Assembly: GCA_049513715.1 (NCBI GenBank)
Contig: JBEKVV010000006.1
Location: 1-64,000 of the forward strand
Length of the DNA: 64,000 nucleotides
Reading direction: 5' to 3'
From: Candidatus Bathyarchaeia archaeon
GTDB taxonomy: Archaea > Thermoproteota > Bathyarchaeia > 40CM-2-53-6
Positions 40,404 through 49,448 of the stretch are shown piece by piece. A program made the translations under genes and the position numbers. The first letter of the stretch is position 1, and each line of letters opens with the position of its first letter. The notes under the pieces were generated by a model. That model was not told the DNA's origin. It worked only from the letters and a program-made list of their open reading frames with translations, and did not search any database.

Positions 40404-41403
40404 GTTGCTCTTTCCGCGTTCCATTTCCGTCATATAGATGGCACGCGGCAAATCGGTCTGAACCTAGGCTAAACATCGGTGGGGGATTCACGCATTTTTC
40501 GAACGCCTCGGGACAAACTTTGCTGTATATGCAGCCAGTTGGCGCTGGCCCCTGTTCACTCAAAACCTCCTGCTTGCGTTCAGCTCGCTTGAGGTTCGGA
40601 ACATTCGCCATCAGTTTCTTTGTATACGGGTGCTTAGGATTCGTGACTACATCAACGGTTTTTCCCACTTCGACAAGTTTTCCGTAGTAGAGGATTCCGA
40701 GCGAGTTGCTCATGTACTTGATGACATTGATATCGTGAGTGATGAACAAGAAAGAGAGCTGCAACTCTGACTTCAATTTACGGAGTGTGTTCAAGACTTG
40801 GGCTTGGATCGACACGTCCAATGAACTTGTGGGTTCGTCAAGCACCAGCAATTTTCTCGGTACGACAAGCGCTCTTGCAAGGCTCACTCTCTGCTTCTCA
40901 CCGCCGCTAAGCTCTCTCGGATAGGCCTCGATACTGCTCTTCCTCAAGCCAACGATCTCGATCATTGTCTCTATTCTGCTGCCGAAGTCTCTTCTCGCAA
41001 AAGCTTTCGAGGCTAGTAGAGCTTCAGCGAATATCTCTCGAACCTTCGAACGTGGGTTCAAAGAACCAACTGGATCCTGGAAAACTATTCCGACGTTGCG
41101 TCTCAGATAGGCTATGTCTTCCTTTCTTCGGAAGTTTATTTCTTTGCCCAGCAGCTTGATGGATCCCGACCTGGGCCGGTATAGGCCAACTAGGACTCTG
41201 GCTATCGTCGATTTGCCGGAACCAGTCTCCCCGGCTAACCCGAAACTCTCTCCTTCCCTAACACGGAAAGAGGCATTGTCAACAGCGTTTATCATTCTCG
41301 AACCCCTCTCGAATAAGAAAGAGCCTCCTCCCCTTGCTCTAAAGGTAACAGTGAGGTTATCCGCTTCAACGATGTTGCTCATTTCTTTTCTACCAGCCAA
41401 CAT
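40381..41403 (-). CDS. oppF: Oligopeptide ABC ATPase OppF-like
   Basis: GETGSGKST, LSGGE, DEPT, C-terminal Cys cluster. Confidence 0.92.
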   Translation of the reverse strand: MLAGRKEMSNIVEADNLTVTFRARGGGSFLFERGSRMINAVDNASFRVREGESFGLAGETGSGKSTIARVLVGLYRPRSGSIKLLGKEINFRRKEDIAYLRRNVGIVFQDPVGSLNPRSKVREIFAEALLASKAFARRDFGSRIETMIEIVGLRKSSIEAYPRELSGGEKQRVSLARALVVPRKLLVLDEPTSSLDVSIQAQVLNTLRKLKSELQLSFLFITHDINVIKYMSNSLGILYYGKLVEVGKTVDVVTNPKHPYTKKLMANVPNLKRAERKQEVLSEQGPAPTGCIYSKVCPEAFEKCVNPPPMFSLGSDRFAACHLYDGNGTRKEQLRSHPAG

Positions 41404-42380
41404 GAAACCCGGCGACCGTCAGCAAGCTCAAGAGGGGGCGGTTCATTCTGCGCACATTTGTCCATCACAAATGGGCACCTAGGGTGGAATTTGCAGCCGG
41501 TTGGTAATCTTCTGAGATCTGGAGCCTCACCAGTAGGGGCAGGTAGCGGTGGGGAATCAATGAAACCTTGCGGAATCGCAGCCATGAGTTTCTGGGTGTA
41601 GGGATGTATGGGGGCATTGATCACGTCCTCAGATTTTCCCTCTTCCATCAGCCTGCCCGCATACATGACGTACAACTTGTCACAAATCTGTGAGGCAACT
41701 GTCAAGTCATGCGTGATGAGTATCATAGTTGTTCCTGTTCGGCGATTCAAGTCCTTGAGTATATTCAACATCCTGTTCTGAATGTAAACATCAAGTCCAG
41801 TGGTTACCTCATCCAATATCAGCAGTCTTGGCTTCTCTACTATGGCCATTGCTATCGATATGCGCTGTCTCATTCCGCCCGACAGTTCGTGAGGATACTT
41901 CCTCAGGACAACTTCTGGTTTGTCAAGGCGCAAATCTTTGAGAATCTCAATCATCATGTTGGCTTCAGTGCTTGGAGTGAGATCCAACTTCTGGGCCTTT
42001 CGTAGAACTTCTATCGACTCTCGGAGTTGTGCTTCAGTCTTGTAAACAGGGTTCAGCGCTGCGAGAGATTCTTGGAATACCATGCCAATTCCGGTCCCTC
42101 TAAATCGTGATATTTCAACGGGATTCATTTTGCGCATATCATGCCCTTCGAAAACTATGGAGCCATCAATGATATCTGCGGGCGGGGAGTCCAATAGACC
42201 GATTATCGCTAGCCCAAGCGTCGTCTTCCCTGAGCCGCTCTCGCCAACAACACCGATTATCTCTCCTTTCTTTACTCTCAACGCGACATTCTCTAGGACA
42301 CGCACCCTACCATCGACAGTCGCGTAATCCATTGTGAGGCCGTCAACATTCAGAAGCTCATCATCGGTAGTGCTAGACGA
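41379..42380 (-). CDS. oppD: Oligopeptide ABC ATPase OppD-like (start uncertain)
   Basis: GESGSGKTT, LSGGMRQR, GCKFHPRC; family-like N-terminus ELLNVDGLT lies upstream of the first ATG at 42332. Confidence 0.9.
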   Translation of the reverse strand, partial: SSSTTDDELLNVDGLTMDYATVDGRVRVLENVALRVKKGEIIGVVGESGSGKTTLGLAIIGLLDSPPADIIDGSIVFEGHDMRKMNPVEISRFRGTGIGMVFQESLAALNPVYKTEAQLRESIEVLRKAQKLDLTPSTEANMMIEILKDLRLDKPEVVLRKYPHELSGGMRQRISIAMAIVEKPRLLILDEVTTGLDVYIQNRMLNILKDLNRRTGTTMILITHDLTVASQICDKLYVMYAGRLMEEGKSEDVINAPIHPYTQKLMAAIPQGFIDSPPLPAPTGEAPDLRRLPTGCKFHPRCPFVMDKCAQNEPPPLELADGRRVSCWLVEKK

Positions 42381-42669
42381 TTACATCAACTCCGATGGGA
42401 TTGCATTATGCCGACTCTACCAACATTGTAGTCTGCTGCGAGAAAGGGAAAGCCAGGAGCAGTGCGAGAGGGAAAACGGTGAGCGGTGTCCAAAAGAATG
42501 CTTTCTGAGAATATCAACGGTTAACTTCCGAAAAGTTCTCTGCCAAAACAGTTCCTTGCCTGTACTGGTTGCTCGTTCACAATTAAGTTCTTTTGATGCG
42601 CGTCCTTTTCAGTTCCCTCTGGAAAGGGGTTTAATTGGGTTATTAGTATAACCGGCAAGTGCTACGTTC

Positions 42670-43968
42670 TTGTCTGAGACTACTGAAGTTGTTGAGACGT
42701 ACAAAAAGCACGTAATAACTAACTGTGTGAGCAAGCTTGAACCTGTTGTGGTCAGCAGAGCCAGTGGAGCCACGATTACTGACACGGAAGGGAAAGAGTA
42801 CGTAGACTGTTTCTCTGGAATTTCAGTTGTAAATACAGGGCACAGCAATCCGAAAGTCATCGAGGCCGCGAAGAAGCAACTTGACAACTACACCCACGCA
42901 TGTGCTTACGTATACTACTCGGAACCTGTTGCGAAACTCGCGGAAAAACTCGCGAGGATAGCTCCTTCTGGACTCCAGAAGACTTTCTTCTCAAACAGCG
43001 GCGCGGAAGCAGTTGAATGTGGTCTGAAGCTTGCTAGGAAGTTCACCAAGAAGCACGAGATAATTGCGTTAATGCGTTCATTTCATGGCCGGACACTTGG
43101 GACGCTGAGTGTAACTGGGCAGGCTGGGAGAAGAAGCTACTCGATGGGGCCCTACCTAGGGTCAATCGCCTTTGCCCCGACACCCTACTGTTACCGATGC
43201 CCGCTCGGTCTCGAGTTTCCAAAATGCGGGATCGAATGCGCTAAAATGATTGAAGATGTGGTGCGATACGCTACCTCGGGCGACGTCGCAGCATTCATCG
43301 CTGAGCCGATTCTTGGGGAGGGCGGCATAATCGTGCCCCCAGAAGACTACTTCAAGGAAGCCAAGAAAATTCTCGACAAGTACGGGATCCTATTCATAGC
43401 CGACGAGGTTCAGACAGGTTTTGCGAGGACCGGCAAACTATTCGGGATCGAACACTACAACGTGATCCCTGACATCATGTGTTTTGCCAAAGCAATCGCA
43501 AACGGGCTACCCCTTGGCGCATGCACAGCTCGAACGGACATAGCCGACTCATTCCAGCCTGGTGACCACCTCTCCACTTTCGGCGGAAACCCAGTATGCT
43601 GCGCGGCTGCGTTGGCGAACATTGAATTCATTCAGGAAGAAGACCTGCCCAAACGAGCAACGGAAAGTGGACGATACGTGATGCACAGACTAGAGGAATT
43701 GAAGAGCAAACACAAGCTCATCGGCGACGTGAGAGGAAAGGGGCTGATGATAGGGCTTGAACTTGTGAAGAATCGGGAAAGCAAAGATCCAGCGTCCTCT
43801 GAAACCGCAAAGGTCAGAGCCTTGTGCAGGGACAAAGGCGTGTTGATTGGAAGCGGCGGAGTTCTCGGTAACGTACTGCGGATTCAGCCACCTTTGGTCA
43901 TCTCACAGAGCCAGCTCGACATTGCGATTGATGCTGTTGATCAATCGCTCAAAGAAGTGGAAGCATGA
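42670..43968 (+). CDS. Class III aminotransferase (4-aminobutyrate/beta-alanine transaminase-like)
   Basis: NSGAEA, SFHGRT, ADEVQTGFARTG, AKAIANG, STFGGN. Confidence 0.92.
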   Translation: MSETTEVVETYKKHVITNCVSKLEPVVVSRASGATITDTEGKEYVDCFSGISVVNTGHSNPKVIEAAKKQLDNYTHACAYVYYSEPVAKLAEKLARIAPSGLQKTFFSNSGAEAVECGLKLARKFTKKHEIIALMRSFHGRTLGTLSVTGQAGRRSYSMGPYLGSIAFAPTPYCYRCPLGLEFPKCGIECAKMIEDVVRYATSGDVAAFIAEPILGEGGIIVPPEDYFKEAKKILDKYGILFIADEVQTGFARTGKLFGIEHYNVIPDIMCFAKAIANGLPLGACTARTDIADSFQPGDHLSTFGGNPVCCAAALANIEFIQEEDLPKRATESGRYVMHRLEELKSKHKLIGDVRGKGLMIGLELVKNRESKDPASSETAKVRALCRDKGVLIGSGGVLGNVLRIQPPLVISQSQLDIAIDAVDQSLKEVEA

Positions 43969-45446
43969 CCCTTCTCTCCGAAATCGCCTACAAACCCAAC
44001 GCCCTGCAACTACTAATAGACAGCCAGTGGCGACCATCCAAGTCTCAAGAACTCCTACCTGTAATTAATCCCGCAACGGGTAAGCGAATAACCACCGTAC
44101 CCATGGCTCTTAAGGAAGAGGTGGATGAAGCGGTTACCTCTTCACAGAACGCTTTCGAGAAATGGAAAGAGGTCCCGCTGCCTGAAAGAGTACAATACCT
44201 GTTCAGGATGAAGAATGTTCTCGAGGAACACTTGGAGGACCTCGCCAGGATCAACACGCAGAACCATGGCAAGACAGTGTCCGAGAGCAGGGGAGATGTC
44301 AGACGAGCGGTCGACAACGTCGACGCCGCCATAGGTGCAGCCTACACGCTCATGAAAGGTGAGCACTTAGACCAGATCGCCGCTGGAATCGATGAGGGAA
44401 CCGTCAAGGAACCGTTAGGCGTCTTCGGCATAATCTGCCCGTTTAATTTTCCAATAATGATCCCCTTCTGGTTCCTCCCATACGCAATTGTCGCCGGATG
44501 TTCCGTGGTCATAAAACCCAGCGAGGTCACGCCCCTACCCTTCACGTACACAGCGGAGCTAATTCAGAGAGAAGTCAAGCTTCCCCCTGGCGTCATGAAC
44601 CTCGTTCATGGCGCCAAAGAAACAGTCGAGGCCCTGATCTCGCATCCACTCGTCAAGGGCGTTACGTTCGTCGGGTCAACTCCGGTCGGAAAGCAAGTCT
44701 ACAAACTTGCCGGGGATCACGGTAAACGTGCTATCGTTCAAGCTGGCGCGAAGAACGCCATTCTAGTCATGCCAGACGCTAATCTGCCAGACACCGTTGA
44801 ATCCTGCGTTTCATCCTTCTTCGGGAATGCTGGGCAACGATGCCTTGCCGGAGCGAACTTGTTGGTGGCAAGCGAAATTCGAAAAGACCTGCTGAAAAAG
44901 TTCGCCAACCGGTCAGAGACATTGAGGCTCGGCTATGGGTTAGATGAGTCAGCGGAAATTGGACCAATGGTCTCGCAAAACGCGAAGCAACGAGTCCTGA
45001 AATACATAGACAAAGGCAAGTCAGAGGGAGCACAATTGATTCTTGACGGAAGCAGCGCTCATGCGAAAGGATACGAAGACGGTTACTTCCTCGGGGCTAC
45101 AATCTTCGACGGAGTCGAGCAGGACTTTACGATTGCCAAGGAGGAGATCTTCGGCCCAGTCGCTGCCGTCAAAGAAGTGGCCGACATGGACGAAGCGATC
45201 GAGATCATCAACAACGGAACCAACTACGGCAATGCAGCAAGCGTTTTCACGCAAAACGGCAAGAATGCAAGAGAGTTCCGCCGTCGAGCTCGGGCTGGAA
45301 ACGTAGGCATAAACGTAGGCGTAGTTGCACCGATGGCGTTCTTCCCGTTCGGGGGAATGCGGGACTCATTCTACGGAATCCTACACGGCCAAATAGGCTC
45401 AATGGATTTCTTCACAGACAATAAAGTAATCATAACCAGATGGTGA
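43965..45446 (+). CDS. mmsA: CoA-acylating (methyl)malonate-semialdehyde dehydrogenase
   Basis: PFNFPIMIP, FVGSTP, GAKN, AGQRCLA, EEIFGP, final VIITRW. Confidence 0.9.
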   Translation: MTLLSEIAYKPNALQLLIDSQWRPSKSQELLPVINPATGKRITTVPMALKEEVDEAVTSSQNAFEKWKEVPLPERVQYLFRMKNVLEEHLEDLARINTQNHGKTVSESRGDVRRAVDNVDAAIGAAYTLMKGEHLDQIAAGIDEGTVKEPLGVFGIICPFNFPIMIPFWFLPYAIVAGCSVVIKPSEVTPLPFTYTAELIQREVKLPPGVMNLVHGAKETVEALISHPLVKGVTFVGSTPVGKQVYKLAGDHGKRAIVQAGAKNAILVMPDANLPDTVESCVSSFFGNAGQRCLAGANLLVASEIRKDLLKKFANRSETLRLGYGLDESAEIGPMVSQNAKQRVLKYIDKGKSEGAQLILDGSSAHAKGYEDGYFLGATIFDGVEQDFTIAKEEIFGPVAAVKEVADMDEAIEIINNGTNYGNAASVFTQNGKNAREFRRRARAGNVGINVGVVAPMAFFPFGGMRDSFYGILHGQIGSMDFFTDNKVIITRW

Positions 45447-45509
45447 ACCCAACCGCAGCCTAGTATCGAAAACTGATGCCTCCTGACTGCCAGAACAGCC
45501 CGTGTGTTC

Positions 45510-46325
45510 CTAGCCTTGAGTATTGGCCGTCGGAGATGATTGAGTTGTGACTCGAAAATCAACGACTTCTTTGTCTTTCTCAGGCAGTTCATACCATCGA
45601 ACCTTCTCACCAACACGTGCTCTGAGTTTCCAGCGAGTCGTCTTGGGCACGCTCTCGATACGGTCCCGCAGATCTTGAACATGCTTCTGCACAATATCCT
45701 GATACTCCGCATCTAGGCTGTAATTCGGCAATGCAGTCAGGACGTTCGCCAGGTTGATCGTGAAAGTCTTGTAAACACCCCATTCTTCCGCGCAGAGTTG
45801 CGCAAGGTATCGGCCGTTTATGGTTTCTTGGCCGTCAGAATCACCCACATCATGATCGTGGAGTAGAGATATCGTGTCTCTGTACTCACGTTCTGTGATT
45901 TCTACAACCTGCAACTTGGTTGCAATTAAGTCCGCTAGGGGGATCGTAGGTTTGTTCACCGAGAGGCGGTCTTTCAAATCAAACTTGTGGCACATTTCAA
46001 AAACATCTAGGAAGATGTCGATCCGTCTCCCGTTCTCGATATCGTTGAAAACCAGTCTCGTGTCGCCATGCAAAGCGTTGAAGATATCGCGCGGAGTATA
46101 ACCCAGATCTATGAATAGTTTCTTCATGCCCCGACCTTGCTTTCGAAGGCCCATGAAATCAATGTCCGCGTACTTCCGCGCTAGAAGCCTATGAGTGGCG
46201 CTCGGGCAGTGAAATCGCACCGCTATTCCACCGAACAGTCGAAGTGTTATCTGATTCTTCTCCGCGGTGTCAACAATTCGTTGTGCTTCTTGGACTATGT
46301 CTGAAAGCGGCGTTAGGATCGCCCT
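45510..46325 (-). CDS. Nucleotidyltransferase-fold hypothetical protein (start uncertain)
   Basis: Frame extends 35 codons upstream of the track start: EAQRIVDTAEKNQITLRLFGGIAVRFH...RKYADIDF...IDIF (GG...DxD...D pattern). Confidence 0.75.
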   Translation of the reverse strand, partial: RAILTPLSDIVQEAQRIVDTAEKNQITLRLFGGIAVRFHCPSATHRLLARKYADIDFMGLRKQGRGMKKLFIDLGYTPRDIFNALHGDTRLVFNDIENGRRIDIFLDVFEMCHKFDLKDRLSVNKPTIPLADLIATKLQVVEITEREYRDTISLLHDHDVGDSDGQETINGRYLAQLCAEEWGVYKTFTINLANVLTALPNYSLDAEYQDIVQKHVQDLRDRIESVPKTTRWKLRARVGEKVRWYELPEKDKEVVDFRVTTQSSPTANTQG

Positions 46326-46455
46326 CTATGATTTGAACTGATTGCGGAGACTTAATTGGTTTAGGATTTGACGCATGTAAAGACTATAGAGTAAGGAGGA
46401 AGGCTACGCGGCGGTGAAGCAACCACTTAAATGGCGAAAAAGCAGAAGTCATGGC

Positions 46456-47412
46456 ATGGCATTTACACGGATTTTCTTTACCTCTGATATTCACGGTTCC
46501 GAAGTCGGTTTCATGAAGTTCGTTAATGCCGCGAAGGTCTACAAGGCGAACGCGCTCATATTGGGCGGGGATATAACCGGAAAAATGATAGTCCCCATAG
46601 TCGAACAACCCGATGGAACCTTCGCTGCCACCTTTCTAGGCAACTCACAAATCATGAAGACGCATGAAGAGCGTGATGCACTGGAGAAGAACATACGACA
46701 TAGCGGTTACTACCCATACCGGACCACGCCGGCTGAAGTGGAGAAGCTTCAGGCCGACAAGAAAACTGTAGACGAACTGTTCTCCAAAATAATGGTGGAC
46801 GGAATCAGGCGGTGGGTTTCCATCGCGGAAGAGCGACTCAAAGGGTCGGAAGCTAAGTGCTACATCAGCCCCGGGAATGATGACCGATTTGATATCGACG
46901 AGGTTCTGAAGTCTTCGTCGGTGGTTCAGTGTCCTGAGGATGAAGTGGTCTGGGTTGATGACCACCACGAAATGATCACCAGCGGGTGGACCAATGCTTC
47001 TCCCTGGAATAGCCCACGCGAAACCACTGAAGAGAAGCTAACGGAGATTTTCGATCGTATGATTTCCAAGGTTCAGCGAATGGAGAACTGTATCTTCAAC
47101 CTCCATTCTCCACCATTTGACACTCCCCTGGATTTGGCGCCGGAACTCGACAAGACTCTGAAACCCATCGTTCGCAGCGGCGGGGAAGTTAGTATGATTC
47201 ATGTTGGGAGCAAAGCGGTAAGGCAGGTAATTGAAAAACACAAACCTTTCTTGGGGTTGCACGGACACATTCATGAGGCACGTGGTTTCGCCAAAATTGG
47301 CCGAACTCTATGTATAAACCCGGGCAGCGAATACGGCGAAGGAATATTGCGCGGAGCGCTACTGAATATCGATGAAAAAGGCTTGAAGAGCTATCTGCTA
47401 ACACAAGGATAG
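46456..47412 (+). CDS. Calcineurin-like (Icc-related) metallophosphoesterase
   Basis: SDIHG, GGDITG, PGNDD, HSPP, HGHIHE, NPGS. Confidence 0.9.
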   Translation: MAFTRIFFTSDIHGSEVGFMKFVNAAKVYKANALILGGDITGKMIVPIVEQPDGTFAATFLGNSQIMKTHEERDALEKNIRHSGYYPYRTTPAEVEKLQADKKTVDELFSKIMVDGIRRWVSIAEERLKGSEAKCYISPGNDDRFDIDEVLKSSSVVQCPEDEVVWVDDHHEMITSGWTNASPWNSPRETTEEKLTEIFDRMISKVQRMENCIFNLHSPPFDTPLDLAPELDKTLKPIVRSGGEVSMIHVGSKAVRQVIEKHKPFLGLHGHIHEARGFAKIGRTLCINPGSEYGEGILRGALLNIDEKGLKSYLLTQG

Positions 47413-47623
47413 CGAAAAATCAGCTGGAACTTTTGGGTTTCACCGTAGCCCGCCCCATCGAGTTAAAGAGGCTTTGAGGAATTTTGAGGCGCGAAAAACG
47501 CCGTGATAGCGTTTCGAATTCTCCTTTTTCTACTTACCGTGAGCCTGGGTAAGGTAGCATATGTTGCATAGTGCTAAATATTGAAAGCCTACTGTTGAGA
47601 ATTCATCATAGGGACGTTGTGAT

Positions 47624-49195
47624 TTGGAAAAGAAACCACCGGTTTTCGTCAGGGAGGCAACGGGCCTCATTCGGGAAGTTGGTGCTTGGTCTTCCTTTAT
47701 GGCGGTGCTGGCACTTGTGACGGGAGGTGTTCCTGTCCTCTGGGTTGCTTTAATGTACGAGGCGCCGGGGGCAAATTGGCCGTTAGCCTTCTTGGTTGCC
47801 TACTTCCCAAGTCTCTTGATGGCCGGTTTGTTCACCTTAGTCGGAATCTCGATGCCAAGATCCGGAGGAGATTATGTCTTCACAACCCGAGGAGTCAATC
47901 CTTATGTTGGATTCGTTAACTACTGGGGAATCGCGGCGGCTTTCGTTATCAATGCAGGCATATTCTCATTCTACACGGGTAACTATGTTGGGTACGTGCT
48001 TGCAAGCCTAGGAGCTTTCTACAACAACCCCGGCATAGCTGCCTTAGGGTCGTCCCTGACTGAGCCGGTCCTTTCCTTTGTTTTGGCCACAGTGGTGTTA
48101 GTTATCTCATGCTTGCTCTCGATCATAAGGCCGCGAATTACTTGGGCGCTCGTTTTCTGGTCAGGAGTGATTTCGTTGATTGCTACCGTAATCATGTTCG
48201 TAGCGCTCGCGGGCATTGATGCCTCCACTTTTGCTGCCAGCTATAATTCGTTCATGGGTAATTCTACAGCATACGATGCCGTAATACAAACTGGAGGGAT
48301 TACTGCACCTCCTAATGCGATGCTGGCCACAGCAGCCGCGCTTCCAATTGTTTGGTTCTACTACGTTTGGTATAATCTCCCAACAACATGGAGCGGAGAA
48401 ATGAAGAATGTGAGAAGGTCTATGCCTATTGCAATTCTAGCTTCGCTGACCGCGATCGCGATCTTCTACGTGTTGCTCGTCCTAATTGTTACACATGCCT
48501 TTGGACAATCCTTCCTTGAGAATTGGGGCAGCCTTGCCGCAAATGGAAGTGAACCTGTTTCAGGCGTTGGAGGATTCATACCGTTCTTCGCACTTCTGGT
48601 CTACAAGAGCCCTGCACTTTTCGGTGTGATGTTCCTAGCTCTCTGGCTCCCTATCTTCTTTGAGTTCCCGCCGCTACTGATATCGCAGACTAGATACTTG
48701 TTCGCATGGGCTTTTGACAGAATTCTGCCAGATCGTGTAGCATCGGTGAACGAGAGGTTCCACACCCCCGTGGTCGCCACCGTACTTGTGACTATTGGGG
48801 CGATAGTTGCAGCTGGAATAATGGCCTTCGCAGCTGATTCGGGAGAGTTCGCAACGTTGAGCTTCACAATGTTCTCGTTTGGTTTCATAATCCCCGCTAT
48901 TGCCGCGATTCTATTTCCATTCAGGAAGAAACAGCTCTATGAAACCGCTTTTGTCGTGAAGAAGAAATTGGTGCTTCCCCTCATTAGCTGGCTAGGGATA
49001 GGATCGTTAGTCTACCTTACTTACTCAACGTACCTCTCCATTCAATCAGGGGGCCTGCCGATAGACAATGTCTCCATGACTATGTACGGTACAATCTACG
49101 GTCTCGGTGTAATCGTCCTGGTCGTAGGTTACCTCAGAAACAGGAGTAGAGGACTACCGTTAGGATTGGTCTTCGCAGAAATCCCGCCTGAATAA
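47624..49195 (+). CDS. APC family amino acid/polyamine permease
   Basis: FVREATGLIRE, MPRSGGDY, RYLFAWAFDRILP, terminal EIPPE. Confidence 0.92.
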   Translation: MEKKPPVFVREATGLIREVGAWSSFMAVLALVTGGVPVLWVALMYEAPGANWPLAFLVAYFPSLLMAGLFTLVGISMPRSGGDYVFTTRGVNPYVGFVNYWGIAAAFVINAGIFSFYTGNYVGYVLASLGAFYNNPGIAALGSSLTEPVLSFVLATVVLVISCLLSIIRPRITWALVFWSGVISLIATVIMFVALAGIDASTFAASYNSFMGNSTAYDAVIQTGGITAPPNAMLATAAALPIVWFYYVWYNLPTTWSGEMKNVRRSMPIAILASLTAIAIFYVLLVLIVTHAFGQSFLENWGSLAANGSEPVSGVGGFIPFFALLVYKSPALFGVMFLALWLPIFFEFPPLLISQTRYLFAWAFDRILPDRVASVNERFHTPVVATVLVTIGAIVAAGIMAFAADSGEFATLSFTMFSFGFIIPAIAAILFPFRKKQLYETAFVVKKKLVLPLISWLGIGSLVYLTYSTYLSIQSGGLPIDNVSMTMYGTIYGLGVIVLVVGYLRNRSRGLPLGLVFAEIPPE

Positions 49196-49448
49196 GTCGA
49201 TCTAAAGTCGACTAGCAACGCCTGGTCGCGCGTATCAACGTATCAAGATATCCCGTTCCTTGGCGGATCTTCATTATCTCGGTCCGCTCTTCAATAATCC
49301 GTTCACCAATCCCAACCATCTCCATTGAACCATTCTTCTTCATCGGCTTGGTGAGGGAGCCTATACTGTAATTGCTTTGCAGAGAATCAATTACAGATTT
49401 TGCAGACATTTTATAGATAGGGCGAGCATTATTGGGTCGGAGTTATTC

